Shown here piece by piece: positions 1 to 7,281 of a DNA stretch of 31,303 nt (position 1 is its first letter; every line of letters begins with the position of its first letter). Location of the stretch: IMG/VR virus record IMGVR_UViG_3300033076_001480, positions 1-31,303 of that record, one strand, 5' to 3'. Source of the DNA: a virus. Lineage: Duplodnaviria; Caudoviricetes. The translations under genes and the position numbers were made by a program. The notes under the pieces were generated by a model. The model was given only the letters and a program-made list of their open reading frames with translations. It was not told where the DNA came from and did not search any database.

Positions 1-2
1 CG

Positions 3-170
3 AATCAGCATTACATCGGCATCCACAACAAAGCCAGCAGCGACGGACTGCAGCCGTGCCCGGTCGCGGTCGGCCTCGACAAGGGCGGTGAGCCGTACAT
101 TCAACTGATCGAAGGGAAGAAAATCCGGATGATCGACTTGCGGGATCTGATCGACGGAGCTAAGAAATAG
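3..170 (+). CDS. 3' end of a hypothetical protein, truncated by the window start
   Basis: Open frame ...PCPVAVGLDKGGEPYIQLIEGKKIRMIDLRDLIDGAKK* ends in TAG at 168-170 and is followed by a terminator. Confidence 0.6.
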   Translation, partial: NQHYIGIHNKASSDGLQPCPVAVGLDKGGEPYIQLIEGKKIRMIDLRDLIDGAKK

Positions 171-199
171 CAACTTTCAGAACGACCGTCTGTAAAGCC

Positions 200-232
200 G
201 GGACCGCACCTCGTTGGTGCGGTTCTTTTTTT
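200..232 (+). terminator. Rho-independent terminator
   Basis: GGACCGCACC-tcgtt-GGTGCGGTTC stem followed by a T tract. Confidence 0.8.
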
Positions 233-318
233 GTTTGTCCGCCTGACAGATCAAGACGACGTATAGTTCTTCCGTCTTCTCGCTTTGCTCCGCGTTTGCT
301 TCTCTCGGTTGCTTCGGG

Positions 319-359
319 ACTCGGCCATCGACACTCGCAGTCGGTGGCCGAGTTTTTTT
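319..359 (+). terminator. Rho-independent terminator-like hairpin
   Basis: ACTCGGCCATCGAC-actcgca-GTCGGTGGCCGAGT followed by a T tract; abuts repeat copy 1. Confidence 0.65.
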
Positions 360-385
360 AACTTCGGCTCATTTGAGCCGAAGTT
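360..385. repeat. 26-bp palindromic site, copy 1
   Basis: AACTTCGGCTCATTTGAGCCGAAGTT, perfect 12-2-12; 3 bp after the integrase stop. Confidence 0.95.
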
Positions 386-388
386 GCC

Positions 389-1435
389 TTACCCCTCCTG
401 CTCCGCGATCCGAACCAGCAGATCCAGATCGATTGACGAGCCGTACCGACTGGTCATCTCCAGCGAATCGTGCCCCAGCGCCACCCGCGCGCCGTCCAGC
501 CCGTGATTCCTGCCGACCCGGTTCTTGGCCTCGTGCCTCAACAGGTAGGGGTGGAACCCCGTGATGCCGGCTCTTGCGGCGGCCTCGGAGACGCAGGCGG
601 GATAGGTCTGGTTGGTGTAGGGTTTGCCGTAGCGATTGAGGAATACATGACCGGCAGCGGGAAGGTGCGGTTCGAGGACACGCCGAGCCTTCGGTCCGAT
701 GCCGACGACCCGCTGGTGCCCCCGCCAAGCGTTCTTGTGATTCTTGATCCGCCAGATCCAGGTCTGTTGCGTGCGGTCGATCTCCTCGACCTGCATGCCG
801 CAGATCTCCCCGGTTCTGGCGCCGGTCCAGTATTGCACCAAGAGCATCGCCCGCACCGCCGGGCCGGCTTGACGGCAGACGGTCGCAAGATCCTGCCAGC
901 TGCAACCCTCACGCTTCGGGGTCGGCTCGAAGCGTCGGTCGTTGGGTGCCAACGGTTCGATCTCCCGCAGTGCCGACCAGATCCCGTGCGGCAGCAAGCC
1001 GGCCTGCGACGCGCGGCGGAACAGGGTGCGGATTCGGGAAGTGCGGCGAGCGACGGCGACCAGCGACAGCCCCTGGTCGATCATCCGATCCCGAACGACG
1101 GTCAGTTCTCGAGGGGAGAAGTCACGCCCCCGCATCGGCCCGTAGAGTGTGGCCAGCAGGGTGAGGGGGATCCGGTACTGCTTGGCGTTGTCGGTGGTGT
1201 AGCGTTTGCCGGCCTCGCCCAGGAACCAATCGACCAACTGCTTGATCGTGTGGTCGGCTCTGAGCGGACCCACGTCGGCAAAGGGCCGGTCCAGCCCCAG
1301 CCGTTTGATCAATTCGTCGTAGTTCTTCTGCGCCGTCTCGGAGCCGAACGGCCCGAGGTAGTAATCCTTGTCGCGGACCCGGATTCTGGCCTGGCCGCTC
1401 TTGCGGTGGTGAAAGATTGTCGGTAACTTCTTCAC
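389..1435 (-). CDS. int: Tyrosine recombinase / phage integrase
   Basis: TGAR (Arg I), YLLRH (HxxR with H>Y), LGH, MTSRY (catalytic Tyr); N-terminal HRKSGQARIR..DYYLGPFGS; GTG at 1435 with GGAGGT RBS preferred over the ORF-track start at 1555. Confidence 0.92.
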   Translation of the reverse strand: MKKLPTIFHHRKSGQARIRVRDKDYYLGPFGSETAQKNYDELIKRLGLDRPFADVGPLRADHTIKQLVDWFLGEAGKRYTTDNAKQYRIPLTLLATLYGPMRGRDFSPRELTVVRDRMIDQGLSLVAVARRTSRIRTLFRRASQAGLLPHGIWSALREIEPLAPNDRRFEPTPKREGCSWQDLATVCRQAGPAVRAMLLVQYWTGARTGEICGMQVEEIDRTQQTWIWRIKNHKNAWRGHQRVVGIGPKARRVLEPHLPAAGHVFLNRYGKPYTNQTYPACVSEAAARAGITGFHPYLLRHEAKNRVGRNHGLDGARVALGHDSLEMTSRYGSSIDLDLLVRIAEQEG

Positions 1436-1615
1436 TCGAACCTCCGGTACTCGAAAGTACCCGAGCCTTACTCGGGTACGGGCACGGCAACAAGCGAATG
1501 GATTTCCGTTGCCGAGCCGAGCAAATGACGGAACCGATGTGTCGCCATGAGACACGTCCGGGGTGAGTGATACCCGAAGAACGGCGCAGGGAAAAGTGGA
1601 CGGAAGGTCACCAAC

Positions 1616-1645
1616 GAAAAGAGGAGAGGCGATCGCCTCTCCTCT
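1616..1645 (-). terminator. Rho-independent terminator
   Basis: Perfect palindrome AGAGGAGAGGC-GATC-GCCTCTCCTCT with a short T run on the minus strand, just after the stop at 1649. Confidence 0.7.
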
Positions 1646-1648
1646 CGG

Positions 1649-2047
1649 TCATCCTGCCACGCGAAGCTCGGCAATCCTCTTCTTCCACTCCCTGAGCAGC
1701 AGGTCGCTGTTCCGTATCTCGGCAAGCTCCAGAAACAGACAGCGCAAATCGGAAGGAGAGATCCGGTGTACGCCCCCTTGCGATCCTGGCGGGATCAGTT
1801 CGATCGGAGTTCCCTTCGTGTTGAGGAATTGCCAATCGACCATACGAAGCATCGAGTGGGCGTACCAGAACGTATTCCCCCTGCCCCACCAAAGGACGGT
1901 CTTCCAGGTGCCGTCCTGTCTGGACAGCAGGAATCGAGCATCATTCGCCGCGCCCGGAATGCCGTTCTGTTCGTACCAATCGGCCAGCATCACCAGATCG
2001 ACCGGGTCGTTTATGTTGACGGCACGCTCAACTTGCTCTCGGTTCAC
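1649..2047 (-). CDS. Hypothetical protein with a TIGR02996-like motif
   Basis: DPVDLVMLADWYEQNG; GTG start at 2047 is inferred. Confidence 0.6.
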   Translation of the reverse strand: MNREQVERAVNINDPVDLVMLADWYEQNGIPGAANDARFLLSRQDGTWKTVLWWGRGNTFWYAHSMLRMVDWQFLNTKGTPIELIPPGSQGGVHRISPSDLRCLFLELAEIRNSDLLLREWKKRIAELRVAG

Positions 2048-2069
2048 GATCTTGTCTTTTCTGTTGCAA

Positions 2070-2103
2070 AGCAAGAACCCCGGTGGTTGCCGGGGTTCTT
2101 GCT
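2070..2103 (-). terminator. Terminator-like hairpin
   Basis: 14-bp stem AGCAAGAACCCCGG/CCGGGGTTCTTGCT downstream of the stop at 2119. Confidence 0.6.
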
Positions 2104-2118
2104 GTTTCATGGCTGGTT

Positions 2119-2310
2119 TCAGAATCGCGGGTTGTGATTGTGTCCGCGAGAGAATCCCTCTCGCAAGCATTCCGCAAGGAACTGCTCTGCCGCCTCGCGG
2201 GATGCGGCTTGCTGCCAGTTGCTTCCGATCGCGCCGACACCATCGTCCGGGGCGATGTCGGCCAACAGTTCGGCGGCGTTGTAGTAGATCATCCAGTCTT
2301 CCATCGTCAA
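2119..2310 (-). CDS. Hypothetical protein
   Basis: GGAGGA RBS; fits the minus-strand operon. Confidence 0.6.
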   Translation of the reverse strand: MTMEDWMIYYNAAELLADIAPDDGVGAIGSNWQQAASREAAEQFLAECLREGFSRGHNHNPRF

Positions 2311-2319
2311 ATCCTCCGA

Positions 2320-2961
2320 TTAGGCGAAGTGCTTGAAGGCGTCCGGGTTGGCAATAACCTGCTGCACTACTTCCCAGCCGGGGCAGTGCGGCCCGGCATG
2401 GTCGCAGTGTGCCGCCTCCCAACCCGTTGCGTGGGCGCGGCACGCCTCGGTGTTGGCCTTGAACAGCCCCTCGACCAATCGCCGGAGATCGTCCGGCAAC
2501 TGCCAAGAATGACCGTCATATCCGTAGCTCCCGTGAGGCGCCCACATCTTCCCCGTGTCGGGGTGCGCACGAGTCGAGGGCAAGCAGATGCGGAAGGTGT
2601 ATGGGTACAGATCCTTGAGGATTTCGTTGCGCCAGTCGCGGTAGTATTCGCGACTGACTCGAAGCGTCCCGATCTGAAACGGGGCGCCGTCCCACATCTT
2701 TCGGTGCCGCTCCAAAACAACCTCGATGCCATCCGGCGGCATGCCGGACGCATCCCGCGCGGCGTAGGTCTTGCCGGCAAAGCCGGCAAAGCATTTCGCG
2801 ACACGCACAATCTCGGCCGGGTCTTCGGTGTGCCAGACCACCAGCCCGCCTTGCGGATTGCCGAGGATTCGGCTTTTGCATTCCGCCCACAGTTCCTTCA
2901 CCCGGTCATCCCCGACATAAGTCGAGGTCATCATCGATTCGTACAACTCGGCAACGCTCAT
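2320..2961 (-). CDS. Hypothetical phage protein
   Basis: 213 aa, GAGG RBS, globular composition. Confidence 0.7.
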   Translation of the reverse strand: MSVAELYESMMTSTYVGDDRVKELWAECKSRILGNPQGGLVVWHTEDPAEIVRVAKCFAGFAGKTYAARDASGMPPDGIEVVLERHRKMWDGAPFQIGTLRVSREYYRDWRNEILKDLYPYTFRICLPSTRAHPDTGKMWAPHGSYGYDGHSWQLPDDLRRLVEGLFKANTEACRAHATGWEAAHCDHAGPHCPGWEVVQQVIANPDAFKHFA

Positions 2962-3022
2962 GACTGTCTTCCTCTCGGTTGAAACAACACCGGGGATACG
3001 CTCTCCCCGGCGCCGGAATTAC

Positions 3023-3048
3023 AACTTCGGCTCAAATGAGCCGAAGTT
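3023..3048. repeat. 26-bp site, copy 2
   Basis: AACTTCGGCTCAAATGAGCCGAAGTT; overlaps the stop of 3048-3563. Confidence 0.95.
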
Positions 3049-3563
3049 CAGATCCATTTTCGGAAAATCGCATCGGCCGTTTTCTTGTCGGCCGGTTGGC
3101 TGATTTTCACCACCCGGAGAGTGTTCACGCTGCGGTCGAACTTTACCTTTACCGCAACATGCTGCCCATTCTGAACGGGCAGGGTAAGTACACCGACCCG
3201 CATGATGCGGTCCGGATACTCGGTGTAGATCATGTCGAATTCGATGCCGGCAACCCTGTGATCGAGTTCGACGCCGGCTTCCTGCGCTTCACGCAGGATC
3301 TTGTGACGGTTGTAGAGCGGCACGTCTTCCCGGCATTCCGCAATAGCTCGAGCCAGTGCCGCCTTGTCCGGAACCGGGACGGTTGCCGGGTTCGGATCGT
3401 AATCCTTGTGTCGCGGATAGATGTAGTCGTCGATATTGCTCGACCACTGTTTCAACTTCTCCTTCTCTGTTCGGCTGTAGATCTTCCTGACCCACACTTG
3501 GCCGTTCTCGCGTTCGGCGAAGACGATCCATCCGCCACCGATCTCTCGCTGGATCTGATCCAT
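3048..3563 (-). CDS. Hypothetical phage protein
   Basis: 171 aa, GGGAG RBS; flanked by copies 2 and 3. Confidence 0.7.
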   Translation of the reverse strand: MDQIQREIGGGWIVFAERENGQVWVRKIYSRTEKEKLKQWSSNIDDYIYPRHKDYDPNPATVPVPDKAALARAIAECREDVPLYNRHKILREAQEAGVELDHRVAGIEFDMIYTEYPDRIMRVGVLTLPVQNGQHVAVKVKFDRSVNTLRVVKISQPADKKTADAIFRKWI

Positions 3564-3584
3564 TTCGTTTCTCCCGACGGTTGC

Positions 3585-3610
3585 AACTTCGGCTCAAATG
3601 AGCCGAAGTT
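3585..3610. repeat. 26-bp site, copy 3
   Basis: AACTTCGGCTCAAATGAGCCGAAGTT. Confidence 0.95.
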
Positions 3611-3630
3611 CTTTCTGTCTGAACGCGACA

Positions 3631-3837
3631 TCAACTCAGAATGAACACATCCTCGCCGCGAAGATATCGACGAGCGTCGGTCAGGGTGAGGATCTCGCAC
3701 ACAAAAGCCCACCCCTCGCCGTCCCATTCGCCGACCGCCCAGGATTTTCGGTTGCCGGCGGTTCGGCTCCAGTGTGTTACGCGAAACTTGCCGTCCGGGG
3801 TTTCGTACACCCCGGAGGCTATTCGTTTCAACTTCAC
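3631..3837 (-). CDS. Small hypothetical protein
   Basis: VKLKRIASGVYETPDGKFRV...; GTGA overlap with the upstream stop. Confidence 0.6.
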   Translation of the reverse strand: MKLKRIASGVYETPDGKFRVTHWSRTAGNRKSWAVGEWDGEGWAFVCEILTLTDARRYLRGEDVFILS

Positions 3838-4313
3838 ACCCCCACCAGCCGTAAAACTTCCCGAATCCGGACTGTGCGGTCGGACTGGTCGAGCAGTACA
3901 GTGCATCGCAGGGCACGCCCGTAGGCTACCGGAACGTCCACCGTGCCACGCAGTACGATTCGGGATCGATCCTCGGTGCTGATCTCGTCCGGTCCGTGGA
4001 TGCCCAACTCGCCCCACGGGATGCGAGTCTTCTCGTCGGCCGGCTTGCTCGCCTCGTCATGAACGCGAGCGTTGCGGTCGTCCAGTTCGGCGGCTTCTCG
4101 CGTGTTCCGCTCGTGCAGTTCGGCCGCCGCTCGGAAGTCGTCCCGCAACTGATCCTCCCACCCCTCGAGCGGATGGCCGACGGGATATCGCGGCGTCTCG
4201 ATCAACTTGCGGATGCTGCCCTGATACCGCCTCTGGAGGAACGCCACACTTACTTCGTCGTCATCCCCGAAACGGACGGTCAGGTGCCGGTCTTTGCTTG
4301 TGTATACGGTCAT
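3834..4313 (-). CDS. Hypothetical phage protein
   Basis: 159 aa, GGAG RBS directly after copy 4. Confidence 0.7.
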   Translation of the reverse strand: MTVYTSKDRHLTVRFGDDDEVSVAFLQRRYQGSIRKLIETPRYPVGHPLEGWEDQLRDDFRAAAELHERNTREAAELDDRNARVHDEASKPADEKTRIPWGELGIHGPDEISTEDRSRIVLRGTVDVPVAYGRALRCTVLLDQSDRTVRIREVLRLVGV

Positions 4314-4325
4314 GGTTGCTTCTCC

Positions 4326-4351
4326 AACTTCGGCTCATTTGGTACAAAGTC
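4326..4351. repeat. 26-bp site, copy 4
   Basis: AACTTCGGCTCATTTGGTACAAAGTC; overlaps the stop of 4350-4646. Confidence 0.95.
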
Positions 4352-4646
4352 AATCGGCCTGCTCGCGCCGAGCGGACGCGAACCCCAACAGAATCATGTC
4401 ACGGGTGCATTGCCAGTCTTGCATCCACGCAAACCGGATGGTTTCTCCGGACCGGCAATCGGCATACTGCAGCAGTAGATCCAGAGCGATGCGTGCGATC
4501 GACTCGCACTTCGGAGCCGGAACGGAATCGGTGCCGGTCCACAAAGCCCGGATACGATGCATCTTCCAATCACTCGGATTCTTGTTGTCCATGATGTGAT
4601 GCGTCGCGCGCACCACATCGGCCATCTGCTCTTCGGTCAGGGGCAC
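4350..4646 (-). CDS. Hypothetical protein
   Basis: 98 aa, overlaps its neighbour in the operon. Confidence 0.6.
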   Translation of the reverse strand: MPLTEEQMADVVRATHHIMDNKNPSDWKMHRIRALWTGTDSVPAPKCESIARIALDLLLQYADCRSGETIRFAWMQDWQCTRDMILLGFASARREQAD

Positions 4647-5161
4647 AGGATCACCTTGCCTTTCCGCACATCCCAGGCGAGATTGCCGACCACCAGGTCG
4701 GCCTCCTCGTCCCGGCCGAGATCACGCAACTTGTCGGCTGCAATCAACTGGCACTCGCCCGTATCCTGAATCGACTGCTGCTCGATGAGAGCCTCCAACA
4801 GGAGACGGTCTACCTCCGATTCCCCCAGGCCGGAGAACAGCCGAACGACGGTTCCCCAATCGTCCTCGCCGGGCAGGATGTACTCGTCCGACGGGTTGGA
4901 ATTCCACTGGTCGCAAGCGTAAATCCATTCCTTGCTGCTGATCCGGTAAACGACCCGTTCGGCATACCAACCGTATGCCGTGAAACTGGTATTCAGCGCG
5001 GCGCCGGTCACATACTTGCCCAGCCGCGGGCACAAGTATGCTGTCAGTTCCGAAACCATGGCCAACTTTCGCGAAACCCAACGACCGGACGCACTACTGA
5101 ACAATGCCAGTTTCGTCAGGTGCGGCTTGAACTTCGGTTTGCTCTTGCGTTTGGTCTTCAT
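4637..5161 (-). CDS. Hypothetical protein with a C-terminal TIGR02996-like motif
   Basis: ATG at 5161 with AGGAG RBS; QLIAADKLRDLGRDEEADLV. Confidence 0.65.
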   Translation of the reverse strand: MKTKRKSKPKFKPHLTKLALFSSASGRWVSRKLAMVSELTAYLCPRLGKYVTGAALNTSFTAYGWYAERVVYRISSKEWIYACDQWNSNPSDEYILPGEDDWGTVVRLFSGLGESEVDRLLLEALIEQQSIQDTGECQLIAADKLRDLGRDEEADLVVGNLAWDVRKGKVILCP

Positions 5162-5172
5162 CGTCGCGTCTC

Positions 5173-5625
5173 CTAATAGCCCATCCACTGACGGGCCGTC
5201 TTGCATTCGACCACTTCCCACGAGTAGGTGTTGTTCCAGTCGCTTTCGGTCGGCTCGTAACCGGCCTGGATCGTATGGTGGTAGATCGACAACTCGAGGT
5301 TGTCGTCGTCGGCACGATAAGAGGCGATTTCCTCGCATTCCTCTTCGGCCCCCTCGATGTCGTCATGCCACTTGGCCTGCACCAAGTCGTCGGCGCTGAC
5401 CAGCGTACCGCCGTGATCGACGGACGCGGTCACGCGGTACTTCACCCACTCGCGCTTGACCGTGAACTGCTCGTGGATCGGATCCCCCTCGCGCACGCAC
5501 TCGGATTCGTCGTCGAAACCCGCATCGGCCAAGGCGTCGGCCACGATGTCGCGTGGCGTATCCTCGGGAAATCGCAATCCCCCGATCACCACGGCAATCC
5601 CGATCTTGTTATCCTCGGTTGTCAT
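5173..5625 (-). CDS. Acidic hypothetical protein with a TIGR02996-like motif
   Basis: EDTPRDIVADALADAGFDDESECVR; ATGA-coupled to the HTH gene. Confidence 0.65.
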   Translation of the reverse strand: MTTEDNKIGIAVVIGGLRFPEDTPRDIVADALADAGFDDESECVREGDPIHEQFTVKREWVKYRVTASVDHGGTLVSADDLVQAKWHDDIEGAEEECEEIASYRADDDNLELSIYHHTIQAGYEPTESDWNNTYSWEVVECKTARQWMGY

Positions 5626-5840
5626 CGCCGTTTCTCCCCCAACAGTTCGCCTACGGTCGTCATGAGCGCATCGGCAATGGCGGCCAGGCTATCGACGCGC
5701 GGGGCACGTTCCCCGGCCTCGATTTGGGATACCGTGGTCGATCCCACCCCCGCCGCTCGGGCGAGGTCGCGAACCGACCACCCCTTACGCTCCCGCGCCG
5801 CCCTGACCGTCTCCGCCAATCGCTTCGTGTCCATCGCCAT
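5622..5840 (-). CDS. XRE/Cro-family helix-turn-helix transcriptional regulator
   Basis: VRAARERKGWSVRDLARAAGVGSTTVSQIEAGERAPRVDSLAAIADAL is a classic HTH_3 pattern; ATG at 5840 with AGGGGG RBS. Confidence 0.9.
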   Translation of the reverse strand: MAMDTKRLAETVRAARERKGWSVRDLARAAGVGSTTVSQIEAGERAPRVDSLAAIADALMTTVGELLGEKRR

Positions 5841-5876
5841 AAAGAACCCCCTTTCAGCCGAAAACGGAACATGACG

Positions 5877-5904
5877 AGCATACCACGTCCCGTTTTCGGT
5901 GCAA
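5877..5904 (-). promoter_or_regulatory. Putative sigma70 promoter for the HTH operon
   Basis: Minus strand TTGCAC-N16-TATGCT with an extended TG; lies over the IR CCGAAAACGG..CCGTTTTCGG and next to copy 5. Confidence 0.45.
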
Positions 5905-5907
5905 GTC

Positions 5908-5933
5908 AACTTCGGCTCAAATGAACCGAAGTT
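5908..5933. repeat. 26-bp site, copy 5
   Basis: AACTTCGGCTCAAATGAACCGAAGTT. Confidence 0.95.
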
Positions 5934-5972
5934 GGGATGATCCCCCGGAATCGATGGTGTCTTGTCTGCTCT

Positions 5973-6012
5973 ATCCTACGCCGTGGAATCGGAATGTCAA
6001 CACCGATTCCAC
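5973..6012 (-). promoter_or_regulatory. Putative promoter with an operator-like inverted repeat
   Basis: Minus strand TTGACA-N16-TAGGAT; perfect IR GTGGAATCGG-N10-CCGATTCCAC straddles the -35. Confidence 0.5.
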
Positions 6013-6063
6013 AGATTTATTCAGGGGGAATTGTGATCGGCTGGCCCGTCGAGGCAGGAAGGA

Positions 6064-6831
6064 TCAGAATGGGACGGGATCGGAAGAGGTGGTGCCGGGC
6101 CAGCCGGGGGGATCGGCAGAGAACGGGGTCGGCGGCTGGCCCGTACAGGCAAGAATCAGACGGAGGCGAATCTCACCGAGTGCCCACGCCCGAACCGTGG
6201 CAACGGAGAGGGGGAATCGCTCCCGACGCAGCTGGCGGGAGATCTGCCGGTCCGAATATCCGCCCGCGCGTAGCTCGAGGATCCGGGATCCCCAGCGGCG
6301 CTGCGATTCGTTGACGGTCCATCCTTTGAGCGAATGCAGGTTGAACCCGTATCCGACCGGATAGTTTACCCTGTAGGCGCTGGTCTGGCCCGTCTCTGCT
6401 AAACGCATGCGCGCCACGCGCGCGATGCGTTTCCTTTGCTTGCCGATCTCTACCGTGTCCAGGATCCCTTGCAACCTGGCATGGCCGATAGGATCGGCCG
6501 AATCGATCCCGTCACGAACGGCAATCAACCGGATCCGGTCCCGATCGATCTGGCGCAGGAGGTTGACCAGATCGGCAGTACCGGACGATAGCTCGGCGAG
6601 GAACCGAACGGCCAAGCAATCACCGGGACGCCACTGACGGACGATCCGTCCACAACCCGGACGCAAGCGCCAATCGGTCGATGCCGTGGTTCCGGGATGC
6701 ACCAACAGACCGGACCATACGTTGTGTCTCGCCGTTGTGCCTGCAATGTGATCTCGGATCAACCGCTCTACTTCCTCGCGATTCTCACGGTTCACAATGG
6801 CGTAGCAGTACAGGCGGCGCGGAGCAAGCAT
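6064..6831 (-). CDS. Serine recombinase (resolvase/invertase)-like protein, catalytic residues degenerate
   Basis: YCYAIVN in place of YxRVS; RPG..RPGDCLAVRFLAELSS in place of GDxLVVxxLDRLxR; IAVRDGIDSADPIG; YPVGYGF; C-terminal HTH RILELRAGGYSDRQISRQL..SVATVR. Confidence 0.75.
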   Translation of the reverse strand: MLAPRRLYCYAIVNRENREEVERLIRDHIAGTTARHNVWSGLLVHPGTTASTDWRLRPGCGRIVRQWRPGDCLAVRFLAELSSGTADLVNLLRQIDRDRIRLIAVRDGIDSADPIGHARLQGILDTVEIGKQRKRIARVARMRLAETGQTSAYRVNYPVGYGFNLHSLKGWTVNESQRRWGSRILELRAGGYSDRQISRQLRRERFPLSVATVRAWALGEIRLRLILACTGQPPTPFSADPPGWPGTTSSDPVPF

Positions 6832-6855
6832 GGTTCGATCCCGAGTGAATCGACT

Positions 6856-6881
6856 AACTTCGGTTCAAATGATCCGAAGTT
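6856..6881. repeat. 26-bp site, copy 6
   Basis: AACTTCGGTTCAAATGATCCGAAGTT; 24 bp upstream of the recombinase-like ATG. Confidence 0.95.
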
Positions 6882-6921
6882 GTCAACGCACTCGGGATTG
6901 TAGCTTGCCTGGAGGAACGAG

Positions 6922-6951
6922 AAAACCCTGCAGGCGCTTGCCTGCAGGGTT
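6922..6951 (-). terminator. Rho-independent terminator
   Basis: AACCCTGCAGGC-gctt-GCCTGCAGGGTT with a T run on the minus strand. Confidence 0.7.
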
Positions 6952-6957
6952 GAACGG

Positions 6958-7227
6958 TCAGAATCCGGCAGCGCCCGTTGTGTCCATTCCCAGGTCGCTC
7001 ATCAGGTGGTAGACTCGGTTGGCAGCGTAGTTCGGATGTTCCCAGATACCCTCCTCTTTCAGTTTTTCGACCGACAGCAATTCTGTCAGTCTCACCGATG
7101 TCGGCCGTTCATCGATCCGGATGTAGAGATCGTCCAAGTAATCAACCACGGTCGGCGCCGACTTTTGGTAGTGTCGGCATGCTTCTGTGATCAGTAATCG
7201 AATCGATTCCAGTGCGTCGAACATCAT
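6958..7227 (-). CDS. Hypothetical protein
   Basis: 89 aa, GGAG RBS. Confidence 0.6.
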   Translation of the reverse strand: MMFDALESIRLLITEACRHYQKSAPTVVDYLDDLYIRIDERPTSVRLTELLSVEKLKEEGIWEHPNYAANRVYHLMSDLGMDTTGAAGF

Positions 7228-7281
7228 AGGTAATCTCCGGTTGATCTCCCCTAAATTCCAGGGGAGAAGGGTAAGGAATAA

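Noticed and set aside
171-360. tRNA or attL site beside the integrase
   Set aside because: No cloverleaf or T-loop/CCA signature is visible, and no att core duplicate can be identified within the window.
285-506. Recurrent peptides NFGSFEPKL, TSAHLIQS and MSRS in many ORF-track entries as a protein repeat family
   Set aside because: They are translations of the 26-bp DNA site in spurious frames or over-extended starts.
470-1426. 318-aa plus-strand ORF, and other long antisense ORFs such as 17524-19239, 20500-21897, 15229-16884 and 26660-28969
   Set aside because: These are shadow frames opposite motif-supported genes, as expected in GC-rich DNA.
6064-6831. Active DNA invertase driving a shufflon
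   Set aside because: The catalytic Ser/Arg motifs are absent, and genes between oppositely oriented sites are not inverted relative to their arm.
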